A model generated the notes under the pieces. The model was not told the origin of the DNA, did not search any database, and was given only the letters and a program-made list of their open reading frames with translations. From an uncultured Pseudomonadota bacterium (lineage in GTDB: Bacteria; Pseudomonadota; Alphaproteobacteria; RF32; CAG-239), in NCBI GenBank assembly GCA_949286215.1, contig CASDYX010000005.1, positions 1,069 through 65,068 of the forward strand: a DNA stretch of 64,000 nucleotides. The letters run 5' to 3'. Position numbers and translations under genes: made by a program. Positions 1-8,847 of this stretch are shown one piece after another (the stretch's first letter is position 1; every line of letters starts with the position of its first letter).

Positions 1-62
1 GGGCTGCACAAGGCTTGGAATGGCAATTGCAAGGAATTAAACTGGTTGAGGAAGATTTATAA
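1..62 (+). CDS. 3' end of an upstream gene (partial)
   Basis: Open frame ...AAQGLEWQLQGIKLVEEDL* ends at TAA 60-62, 5 nt before the uup ATG. Confidence 0.45.
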   Translation, partial: AAQGLEWQLQGIKLVEEDL

Positions 63-67
63 ACAAT

Positions 68-1885
68 ATGCCTAATTTTGAACCGCCAATTATGACCATT
101 AAAGGAGCCAAACTCAGTTTTGGCTCTAATCAGTTATTTAGCGATGTGGAACTCTACATTAATCGTGGAGATAAGATTTGTTTGGTTGGAAGAAACGGCT
201 CAGGAAAATCAACTTTGCTCAAGGTTATTTCAGGGGTAATCGAAGCCGATGACGGCGAAATTTTTATTCAGCCGGGCATCAAAATATCTTATATGCCGCA
301 AGACCCTGATTTTTCTACGTTCAAAACCTTGCGAGAGGTTGTTCTTTCGGGCTTAAATGATGACCAAAAAAATCAAGAATATAAGGCAGATATGCTCATT
401 GAGCAGTTCTCTATTCGCGAAAATCAAGCTCCTGAACAAAGCTCCGGCGGTGAGAGAAAAAAGGCGGCTTTAGCCAAGGCTCTTATCGGAGAACCCGACA
501 TTTTGCTCCTTGATGAGCCTACCAACCATTTGGATATGCCCACTATTGAAAAATTAGAAAAAATTATTGCCGGTTTTAGAGGCGCGGTGATTGTGATTAG
601 CCACGACAGAATGTTTTTGAGCAATATTTCGCAAACAACTTTCTGGCTTGATAGAGGAATTTTGCGCCGCAACAACAAAGGGTTCAAATATTTTGAAGAG
701 TGGCAAGAACAATGTATTGACCAAGAAATCATTGAGCAAAAATACTTAAACAAAAAAATTGAAGAGGAAACCGAGTGGCTGCATAAAGGCGTTACCGCAA
801 GACGAAAACGCAATATGGGACGTTTGCGCCGTTTGCAACAACTCCGCCAAGAAAGAAAAGAGCAAATTAAACAAGTCGGTTCGGTTGATTTGGAAATTCA
901 AAATACTGAGTTTCGCTCAAAAATGGTGATTGAGGCTAAGCATGTCTGCAAAGCGTTTCAAGGGCGAGACATTGTTAAAGATTTTTCAACGCGCATTATT
1001 AAAGGCAACAAAATAGGAATCGTCGGTCCTAATGGCGCCGGAAAAACAACTCTGATTAAGCTCCTAACCAAAAAATTAGAGCCAGACAGCGGTTTTGTGC
1101 GGATGGGCAAAAATTTGGAAGAAGCCTATTTTGACCAAAATCGTGTCACTCTTGACCCGAAAAAAACTCTTTGGAAAACGCTGTGCGGCGAAGGCGACCA
1201 TATTTGGGTCAGAGGGCAATATCGACATGTGGTAGCCTATCTTAAAGATTTCTTATTTAAGCCGGAGCAGGCGCAATGTCCGGTTTCTGCCTTATCAGGA
1301 GGGGAGAAAAACCGCTTGATGTTAGCTGTTGCTTTGGCTAAGCAATCAAACTTCTTGGTATTGGACGAGCCTACCAATGACTTGGATATGGATACGCTTG
1401 ATTTGCTGCAAGAGGTTTTGATGGAATATGACGGGACAATTTTGCTCGTTAGCCACGACCGCGACTTTTTAGATAGAGTTGTGTCTTCTATCATCTATAT
1501 GAAAGGAGATGGAACGGCCGTCGAGCATGCCGGAAGTTACAGCGAACTCTTAGAAAAATTAAAAAACAAACCCGTAACCGAAGATAAAAAGCCTCAGGTT
1601 AAAACAGCTAGTAAACCGCTGGTTTGTGAGCCGCAAAAGAAGCAAAACAAGCTCAGCTATAAGCAACAAAGATTATTGGAAGTACTACCCAAAACCATTG
1701 AAGATTTGACTAAGGAAATTAAACAAATTGAAGATGAACTTTCAGATCCAAATCTTTACACCGATAATCCGGAAAAGTTTGACCAACTCACTCAACGTTT
1801 AACTCAGGCGCAAAATGAAGTAAGTGAGGCCGAAAACCAGTGGCTTGAAATTCAAATTTTGCAAGAAGAATTAAGCGCAAATTAA
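68..1885 (+). CDS. uup: ABC-F family ATPase, Uup-like
   Basis: Two ABC cassettes (GRNGSGKS, GPNGAGKT; SGGE; LDEPTNHLD/LDEPTNDLD), linker TARRKRNMGR, C-terminal KLSYKQQR coiled coil. Confidence 0.92.
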   Translation: MPNFEPPIMTIKGAKLSFGSNQLFSDVELYINRGDKICLVGRNGSGKSTLLKVISGVIEADDGEIFIQPGIKISYMPQDPDFSTFKTLREVVLSGLNDDQKNQEYKADMLIEQFSIRENQAPEQSSGGERKKAALAKALIGEPDILLLDEPTNHLDMPTIEKLEKIIAGFRGAVIVISHDRMFLSNISQTTFWLDRGILRRNNKGFKYFEEWQEQCIDQEIIEQKYLNKKIEEETEWLHKGVTARRKRNMGRLRRLQQLRQERKEQIKQVGSVDLEIQNTEFRSKMVIEAKHVCKAFQGRDIVKDFSTRIIKGNKIGIVGPNGAGKTTLIKLLTKKLEPDSGFVRMGKNLEEAYFDQNRVTLDPKKTLWKTLCGEGDHIWVRGQYRHVVAYLKDFLFKPEQAQCPVSALSGGEKNRLMLAVALAKQSNFLVLDEPTNDLDMDTLDLLQEVLMEYDGTILLVSHDRDFLDRVVSSIIYMKGDGTAVEHAGSYSELLEKLKNKPVTEDKKPQVKTASKPLVCEPQKKQNKLSYKQQRLLEVLPKTIEDLTKEIKQIEDELSDPNLYTDNPEKFDQLTQRLTQAQNEVSEAENQWLEIQILQEELSAN

Positions 1886-2490
1886 TTGTGTTGATATTTG
1901 TAAAGAGCATCTCTCACGGCTGATTTCATCGGCGTGATAAGTTTGATTTCCGCATCTGAAATTTGCTCAACATTTTGTTTTTGTTGTTGAAGATGTATCA
2001 TATTTTGAATGCTACTCATTTGTGAGGTGAGTTTTGGGTCAGGGGTAATATTTTGCGATTGTTGAGCTGATACTTCCTCATATTGTCTGGATAGGTCCGC
2101 AATAAGAGCATTGCTTTGTTCTTGTTGGTCAATTGTTTTTAGAATTGAGCGCAAGCGTTGCTCAACATAAAAGAAACGCTTAGGATACCAGAGGCGGTGC
2201 AGTAACCACTCTTTGGCCTCATCAGACAGGTTATCTTCGGGGGCGCCTGAGGCTAAAGAAACCGGACGTTTTCCCAGTTCGCTGATATTTTGTTGCATAT
2301 AATCTGACCAAACCGGCAAAAAAGCCATTAACTCAGGCTTGCTGATTTCTTTTGACGTGGGATTAGGAATTGCAGCATAATTGATGGCATTTTGGGCTTG
2401 GTAATAATTATATAGCTTTATGCCGCCCCACAAGAGCAAAAGGACGACAATGATTTTTGTAAAGCTTATCTTTTTTTTAGCTTTGGGCAT
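1882..2490 (-). CDS. Hypothetical membrane-anchored protein
   Basis: 202 aa, basic N-terminus plus one hydrophobic helix; starts 1 nt after the HAD gene stop. Confidence 0.75.
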   Translation of the reverse strand: MPKAKKKISFTKIIVVLLLLWGGIKLYNYYQAQNAINYAAIPNPTSKEISKPELMAFLPVWSDYMQQNISELGKRPVSLASGAPEDNLSDEAKEWLLHRLWYPKRFFYVEQRLRSILKTIDQQEQSNALIADLSRQYEEVSAQQSQNITPDPKLTSQMSSIQNMIHLQQQKQNVEQISDAEIKLITPMKSAVRDALYKYQHN

Positions 2491-2491
2491 T

Positions 2492-3361
2492 TTACCACCG
2501 CAAATTAGAGATTACAAAGTCCGGATAGGCATCAAAATTAGTGGCGAGTTCGCGTGTTTTGGCAACATCGGGGATATAGCCCTCGCCTAAGAAATTTACA
2601 TGTACACCTTTAGATACCAAAACTGAAGCGACGCCTAGCAAATTAGCTCCTTTGATGTCGGTGGCAATATTATCACCGATGACCATCACCGTTTCTTTTT
2701 TGACATCAGGGATACCATCTAAACCATAAGCTAAAATTTTGGCATCCGGCTTGCCTAAGGTAATGATTTTTCCGCCTAAAACCGCATATTGTTCGGCTAC
2801 GGCTCCGGGCGCAAGGCTGATTTCGCCGTCTTTGTAACTTGATGTATCATTGCCGGCACAAACAAACGGAATACCTAAGCTCGCTGCATGCTCCAAAGAG
2901 GGGAGATAGCTGTCAATCGTATCCGTATTTTTGGCAACCGAATTCATATACAAAAACTCTGCCTTGGCAACATTGTCGGTTTGAAAATAATCAAGTCCGG
3001 AAAAAACACCTTTATCGGATTGGTCGCCCAAAAGGTAATAAGTTGTTCCGAGAGCGGCAAATTCACCTTGGCGAGATTTGAATTTATAGTGCAAAATTTC
3101 TCCGGCTGTCACAATCGCATCAAATACTGCAACCGGAACTTTATTGGCGTGCAAATACTTAACCAAGGAGGAAACTCTTAAAGATGTATTGGAAAGCAAG
3201 ACAATGTGTTTTCCGGCTCTTTTCATTCCGATAAGAGCATCAATGGCTTCTTTCTTGACGCCGGCACCATCACTCAAAACACCATTAAACCCGACTATGA
3301 CGGCATTATAAGGGTCTATTACTTTAGAAACATTTACTATCGGTTTTATCATTTTTATCAT
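2492..3361 (-). CDS. HAD hydrolase subfamily IIA (TIGR01459-like), motif I degenerate
   Basis: LLSNT, GKP and IGDNIATDIKGA motifs present; motif I reads VGFNGVL instead of DxxGVL. Confidence 0.85.
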   Translation of the reverse strand: MIKMIKPIVNVSKVIDPYNAVIVGFNGVLSDGAGVKKEAIDALIGMKRAGKHIVLLSNTSLRVSSLVKYLHANKVPVAVFDAIVTAGEILHYKFKSRQGEFAALGTTYYLLGDQSDKGVFSGLDYFQTDNVAKAEFLYMNSVAKNTDTIDSYLPSLEHAASLGIPFVCAGNDTSSYKDGEISLAPGAVAEQYAVLGGKIITLGKPDAKILAYGLDGIPDVKKETVMVIGDNIATDIKGANLLGVASVLVSKGVHVNFLGEGYIPDVAKTRELATNFDAYPDFVISNLRW

Positions 3362-3506
3362 AGTTGCTTCTGCCTTTTATTCATCTGGCGATTTTATTTG
3401 AAGTTATTTTAGCCTTAAGTTATTAAAAATTTGCTAGCAAAACAATGCTTTTTTTCAAAAAAAAGACGAAAGTTTATTACTTTCGCCTTTTCTTTGAATG
3501 ATGTTT

Positions 3507-4928
3507 TTAGAAGAACAAGTCACGCTCGCCTTTTTGAACCGATGAAAGCTTTTGCAATAATTTCGCTTTTAAGGGATTGCTTTCAGGCATTTGCTCAAGT
3601 TCACGCTTGATTGCCTGAAGGGCTTTTTGCTTGGTATCGGCTGAGGCATAATCTTGCACATATTCACTCAAGGTCAAAATGGCATTGGGTGTGCAAAAAC
3701 GCTTTACAAAACCGGGGATGGCAAATTCCATAAAATGTTCTCCGGTTCGTCCCAAACGATAGCACCCCGTGCAGAAAGAAGGCAAAAATCCGGCCTCACA
3801 TAATTCGCCGATAACGCTATCAAGACTGCGGTTGTCACTCAAAACAAACTGACTTTTTGCTGCCGAATCTGCCGCATTATGCAAGGCATAAGCTCCAACG
3901 CCGATATCTGAACCGGCATCTATTTGGCTCACTCCATAGCTGATGGCCTCATTACGCAACGCAACAGGTTCACGCGCGGTCAATATCATTCCCGTGTATG
4001 GGATGCTCAACCGAATGCAAGCAATCATGTGCATAAAGTCCTCATCACTCGGAGCATAAGGCGGGTGATTGGCATAGTCCGTACCGATTGCCGGCTCAAT
4101 TCTGGGAAACGAAATCGTATGCGGTCCAACGCCAAACTTTTCCTCCAGATGGATGGTGTGATAGAGCATGGACAGAGCCTCATAACGGTAGTCATAAAGT
4201 CCGATGAGCGCGCCCATACCGACATCATCTATACCTGCTTCAAATGCCCGGTCAAAAGCATACAACCGCCAGAGATAATTGGCCTTCAGTCCTGAGGGAT
4301 GAACGGATTTGTAAGTGGGCTCGTGGTAGGTTTCCTGAAAAATTTGGTAGGTTCCGATACCTGCGGCTTTAACCGTTCTAAATCCTTCAACATCTAAGGG
4401 AGCGGCATTGATATTGACCCGGCGAATTTCGCCTTTGCCCTCTTTGGTGGCATAGACTTTTTTGACCGTTTCGGCTATGAATTCCGGTGTATAAAGCGGG
4501 TGTTCACCGTAAACCATTATCAGCCTTTTGTGGCCGTGGTTTTCCAAAATTCGGACCTCTTGCTCAAGCTCCTGCAGAGACAGAGTTTTACGCACCTGTG
4601 CAGTGTTTGACCGTCTGAAACCGCAATAAGAACAATCGTTGATGCATAAATTGCCGACATACAATGGGGCAAAAAGTACTATGCGATTGCCGTAGATGAG
4701 TTTTTTCAACTCCTTGGCACCGGCTTTGATTTCGGCGCGCAATTCGGGCGTGCGAACATTGAGCAACAGAGCCATTTCTTTGGGCTCGAGGCGCTGTTTG
4801 GATAACGACTTGGCAATAATCTCACGAATTTGGGACTTGTCTTCCGATGTTTGCTCTAAAAGAGCGTGAATCTCTTGCTCAGGAATAAAACTTTTTAATC
4901 CTGAAACATCAATTTTCGGTAATTTCAT
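3507..4928 (-). CDS. hydG: [FeFe]-hydrogenase H-cluster radical SAM maturase HydG
   Basis: CINDCSYC radical-SAM motif, FQETYH, HTISFPR, C-terminal SFCTGCYRxGRTGEHFM...CTPNA auxiliary cluster motif. Confidence 0.95.
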   Translation of the reverse strand: MKLPKIDVSGLKSFIPEQEIHALLEQTSEDKSQIREIIAKSLSKQRLEPKEMALLLNVRTPELRAEIKAGAKELKKLIYGNRIVLFAPLYVGNLCINDCSYCGFRRSNTAQVRKTLSLQELEQEVRILENHGHKRLIMVYGEHPLYTPEFIAETVKKVYATKEGKGEIRRVNINAAPLDVEGFRTVKAAGIGTYQIFQETYHEPTYKSVHPSGLKANYLWRLYAFDRAFEAGIDDVGMGALIGLYDYRYEALSMLYHTIHLEEKFGVGPHTISFPRIEPAIGTDYANHPPYAPSDEDFMHMIACIRLSIPYTGMILTAREPVALRNEAISYGVSQIDAGSDIGVGAYALHNAADSAAKSQFVLSDNRSLDSVIGELCEAGFLPSFCTGCYRLGRTGEHFMEFAIPGFVKRFCTPNAILTLSEYVQDYASADTKQKALQAIKRELEQMPESNPLKAKLLQKLSSVQKGERDLFF

Positions 4929-5003
4929 AATGTTAAATAATTATAAGTTATACTAATAAAACGCTGGGAGATAACTTATAACTACTGACAAAAGAGTCAA
5001 TAC

Positions 5004-6194
5004 CTATTTCAAGTCAAAAGGCTCTAAAACGCGGTTGAGCACTCCTTTGAGGGCAGAAATACAAACCCCGTAATTGGTCACGGCAACATGGGCTTGTTCG
5101 CATTTGTTTATACGCGACAAAATCTCTTTACGGTTGTTCATACAGCCACCGCATTGGATGACCAATTTATATTCGCCTAAGTTGTTTGGGAAATCACAAC
5201 CCGAAACATGGTCTATTTGCAAATCGGCTCCGGTTTTCTTCCTCAGCCAATTCGGAATTTTTACCGTGCCGATGTCATCTTCTATGGCATGGTGCGTGCA
5301 AGATTCCGCAATCAGGACTTTGTCTTTATCTTGCAGAGAATTAATGACTTCTGCACCCTGTACCAATTTTTTCAAATCACCTTTGAAACGCGCAAATAAA
5401 ATCGAAAAAGTGGTGCATTTGATGTCTGCCGGGGTTTGAGCAACCATTTGGTCCACAACCTGAGAATCACAAATTACCAAGTCGGGTTTTTGTTTGAGGT
5501 TATTGAGCATATGTTGATACTCGTTTTCTTTGACAACAATGATAGAAGCATCAGCGTCCAAACAATCTCGAATAGCTTGAACTTGTGGCAAAATCAGGCG
5601 GCCTTTCGGGGCTTCATAGTCAATCGGCACAATCATGATTACTGTTTGATGTGCGCCAACCAAATCGCCCAACAGGCTGGGCGCATTAATCACATCATTA
5701 GGCAAAACCTTTAATAACTCATTTTTGAGAATCGTGAGAACTTTATCTCGGCTGGAAAGGTCTTTGGAATTGACGGCTATGCCATCGCTACCGGTGGGCA
5801 AAATATCAGACTTATTAAAGATTTTTATTAGGGGAAGATTGCGCTTTTGGGCTTCTTTAATGATTTCACTTTCTTCCGTGCCGATATGGTTGCCTTCACA
5901 AATCAGCAAGACAACATCGGCCTTATCAAGTGCTTTTTTGTTTTTTTCAATGCGTTTTTCGCCGAGTAAACTTTCATCCCCAAGGCCTGCGGTATCAAGC
6001 CAAACAACCGGGCCTATGGGCAACAGTTCTTGTGTCTTTTCAACCACGTCGGTGGTGGTGCCGGCAATGTTAGATGTAATAGAGGTTTGTTGGCCGGTAA
6101 CCAGATTCAAAAAGCTGGATTTTCCGGCATTGACTCTGCCCAAAACGGCAATATGAATACGTAATCCTTTAGGTGTGGATTGAACTGGTTGCAT
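5004..6194 (-). CDS. hydF: [FeFe]-hydrogenase maturation GTPase HydF
   Basis: GRVNAGKSS, GTTTDVV, DTAG, APKGRLILPQVQ, ESCTHH and QCGGCM cluster ligands. Confidence 0.95.
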   Translation of the reverse strand: MQPVQSTPKGLRIHIAVLGRVNAGKSSFLNLVTGQQTSITSNIAGTTTDVVEKTQELLPIGPVVWLDTAGLGDESLLGEKRIEKNKKALDKADVVLLICEGNHIGTEESEIIKEAQKRNLPLIKIFNKSDILPTGSDGIAVNSKDLSSRDKVLTILKNELLKVLPNDVINAPSLLGDLVGAHQTVIMIVPIDYEAPKGRLILPQVQAIRDCLDADASIIVVKENEYQHMLNNLKQKPDLVICDSQVVDQMVAQTPADIKCTTFSILFARFKGDLKKLVQGAEVINSLQDKDKVLIAESCTHHAIEDDIGTVKIPNWLRKKTGADLQIDHVSGCDFPNNLGEYKLVIQCGGCMNNRKEILSRINKCEQAHVAVTNYGVCISALKGVLNRVLEPFDLK

Positions 6195-6198
6195 AATC

Positions 6199-6930
6199 TT
6201 ATCCTTTATAATGACTTAGGTGTTTAATGACATAATTGGCAATTGTTAAGCCAAAGATGGCGGTAATGGTCGGAAGTGAGCCCAAAATTTTGTTTTGGCC
6301 TCTTTCTTGCGGCATTATGATTGCCGAAGGCGGTAAATCAACGGTTTCATCCGAATAGACACATAGGACTTCTTTTAAGTCTATGCCTTTTTGCTTTAAC
6401 TTTTGACGCAAGGCACGTGCCAAAGAGCAATTTTTGGTTTGATTTAAGCGTGCGGTCTTAATGCAAGACGGGTCAGTTTTTAGCGCTGCTCCCATGGAAG
6501 AGATAAACTCAATATGATGCGTGGTCAAATAGGCGATTAAACTTGCTTTTGAGGCAAGAGAGTCAATGGCATCGACCACAAAATCAGGTTTTAAGGACAT
6601 AAGCTCCGGCAAGTTATTTTCATCGACATACATATCTTTGATGATAATTTGGCAATCAGGATTTATCTCTTTGACCCGTGCGGCGGCAACGGAAGTCTTT
6701 TTTTGCCCGATGGTGGAGCTCAGGGCTAAAATCTGGCGATTGATGTTGGTTTCATCAAAGCTGTCAAAATCAACCAAGATGAGTTTGCCCACTCCCGAAC
6801 GGGCAATTGCCTCTAAGGTATAACCACCGACAGCTCCTAAACCGATTATCATTACGGTTGAATTTTGGAGAGCGGAAATTCCTTTGCTTCCAAGCAAGAG
6901 TTCGGTACGCATCAGGCGTGGATTAGACAT
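6199..6930 (-). CDS. tcdA: tRNA threonylcarbamoyladenosine dehydratase (ThiF family)
   Basis: GLGAVG, DFDxxxxTNINRQ, VVDAIDS, ISSMGAA; start placed at 6930 after AAGGAG. Confidence 0.88.
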   Translation of the reverse strand: MSNPRLMRTELLLGSKGISALQNSTVMIIGLGAVGGYTLEAIARSGVGKLILVDFDSFDETNINRQILALSSTIGQKKTSVAAARVKEINPDCQIIIKDMYVDENNLPELMSLKPDFVVDAIDSLASKASLIAYLTTHHIEFISSMGAALKTDPSCIKTARLNQTKNCSLARALRQKLKQKGIDLKEVLCVYSDETVDLPPSAIIMPQERGQNKILGSLPTITAIFGLTIANYVIKHLSHYKG

Positions 6931-7666
6931 GGATAAACTCCTTTGCATTGTGATAAACGCGCATGGCAAAATCTTCTAAATTTTCATGGCGCAGGGCAGC
7001 AATTTCGGCAGCCAAAGTGGGAAGATAGGCTGGTGTGACTTCGGAATTTTTATCAGGTCCTTGGTAAGGGCCGTCGGTTTCAAGCAAAATTTTATCTAAA
7101 GGCACCATATTGACCAATTCTTCCTTATCGGCATTGCGCAAGATTGAGGCACAAAAAGAAACATAGCCCCCGTGAGAGATAATTTTTTTTAAGACCTCAC
7201 GTTTGCCGTTATAAGAATGAAACACAAACTTAGGAGGCAACATATCCCAATAATTTTCCAGCCAATCCTGGGCTTTGACAGCGTGAATAATCAGCGGGCG
7301 ATTGAGCTCGTTGGCCAACATAATCTGCCCGTAAAAAACTGAATTTTGCGGTTCATCATCAGGATTTTTTATTCTATCTAACCCACACTCGCCAATCAGG
7401 GCTTGCGGAAAGCGGGTTAAAAACTCACGCAATCTTTGTTGCCAATCGGGCTTGGCTTGTCTCACATACCACGGGTGCAGACCAAATGCCGGAACAACGC
7501 TTGAGCTATAAGTTCTGGCAAAATGGGCAACTTTATCCCAATCTTCCATAAGGCTTGAGACACAGACAACCTTCTCTACCCCTTGGCTTAGAGCAGAATT
7601 TAGAATATCCGTTGCAAATCCGGTCTTATAGTCTTGCAAATGAAGATGAGTGTCGATAAACTGCAT
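6923..7666 (-). CDS. tatD: TatD family deoxyribonuclease
   Basis: DTHLHL, GLHPW, IGECGLD, HSY, ETDGP motifs. Confidence 0.9.
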   Translation of the reverse strand: MQFIDTHLHLQDYKTGFATDILNSALSQGVEKVVCVSSLMEDWDKVAHFARTYSSSVVPAFGLHPWYVRQAKPDWQQRLREFLTRFPQALIGECGLDRIKNPDDEPQNSVFYGQIMLANELNRPLIIHAVKAQDWLENYWDMLPPKFVFHSYNGKREVLKKIISHGGYVSFCASILRNADKEELVNMVPLDKILLETDGPYQGPDKNSEVTPAYLPTLAAEIAALRHENLEDFAMRVYHNAKEFIHV

Positions 7667-7705
7667 GTAAATTTCCTTAAAAATTATATAGGATAATAAG
7701 AAGAT

Positions 7706-8806
7706 ATGAGTATTTTGACAAGACCAATTTTAGAAATAAACCTTGATAATTTATTGGACAATTACCTCACTTTGAAAAAAATTTCCGGTAAAGCCATTGC
7801 TGCTGCCGTGGTGAAAGATGATGCCTATGGCTTGGGCGCAAAAAAAATTGCCAAGTTGCTCTATAACAAAGCAAAATGTCGGCATTTTTTTGTGGCACAC
7901 GGGGTTGAGGGCAAAGAAGTGCGTGAAGCGGCACCGGATGCCTTTATTTATGTGTTACAAGGAATCGGTGAAGATTCTTTAGACGAATTTAACGAGGCGC
8001 AACTTATTCCGGTTATCAGCTCCAAAGAACAGCTTGCTTTTTGGAAGGAACACAGAATTGCCGGAATTAAGCCGATTGTGAATGTTGAGACCGGGTTAAA
8101 CCGTTTGGGGTTTAGAGAATATGAACTCTCGGAACTAGAAGAGAGCGATAGAAAAGAATTTTCTTATGTGATGTCGCATCTGGCATGTGGTGATGCTAAG
8201 GAGCATTTTATGAACCAGCATCAGCTTGATATGTTTAACTTCTTACGTGATACCTATTTTCCCAAACTGCCGGCCAGCTTATCGGCCTCGGACGGAACTT
8301 TTTTGGGCGAGGATTATTTGTTTGATATGGTGCGTTTGGGTGCTGCCATGTATGGTATTAACACCGCGCCTTATCGTGAAAATCAGATGAAAAATGTGGT
8401 TACCGTTAAAGCGCCGGTTTTGCAAATTGCCGATTTGCCCAAGGGAGAGTTTGTCGGTTATTCGGCAACTTATCGCGCCACGGCAAATCGCAAAATCGCC
8501 ATTGTTTCAATCGGCTATGGCGACGGAGTTCCCCGCTCACTCTCCAATGTCGGCAAAATCTTCTTTAACTTGTGCGATAAGCTCCATGAGGCACGTATTT
8601 TAGGGCTTATCTCCATGGATAATATTATTTGCGATGTTACCGATATTCAAAACCTGCAAGTCGGAGATATGGCACATATTGTCTCAGATTTTTATACACT
8701 TGATGATATGGGACGAGACGCCGGCACAATCAGCTATGAAATTATCTCGCGCTTAGGCAAAAATCAAAGATTTATCCGCAAATATAAAGGCGGCGAAGAA
8801 GAATAG
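7706..8806 (+). CDS. alr: Alanine racemase
   Basis: AVVKDDAYG PLP-lysine motif, TGLNRLG, SHLA, VGYSATY, GYGDG, ISMD, GTISYE. Confidence 0.9.
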   Translation: MSILTRPILEINLDNLLDNYLTLKKISGKAIAAAVVKDDAYGLGAKKIAKLLYNKAKCRHFFVAHGVEGKEVREAAPDAFIYVLQGIGEDSLDEFNEAQLIPVISSKEQLAFWKEHRIAGIKPIVNVETGLNRLGFREYELSELEESDRKEFSYVMSHLACGDAKEHFMNQHQLDMFNFLRDTYFPKLPASLSASDGTFLGEDYLFDMVRLGAAMYGINTAPYRENQMKNVVTVKAPVLQIADLPKGEFVGYSATYRATANRKIAIVSIGYGDGVPRSLSNVGKIFFNLCDKLHEARILGLISMDNIICDVTDIQNLQVGDMAHIVSDFYTLDDMGRDAGTISYEIISRLGKNQRFIRKYKGGEEE

Positions 8807-8838
8807 AAAAAAAATCCCCGATTGCTCGGGGATTTTTT
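8807..8838. terminator. Bidirectional intrinsic terminator
   Basis: A-run, ATCCCCG-attgct-CGGGGAT, T-run between convergent genes. Confidence 0.8.
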
Positions 8839-8847
8839 GTGATTGCC

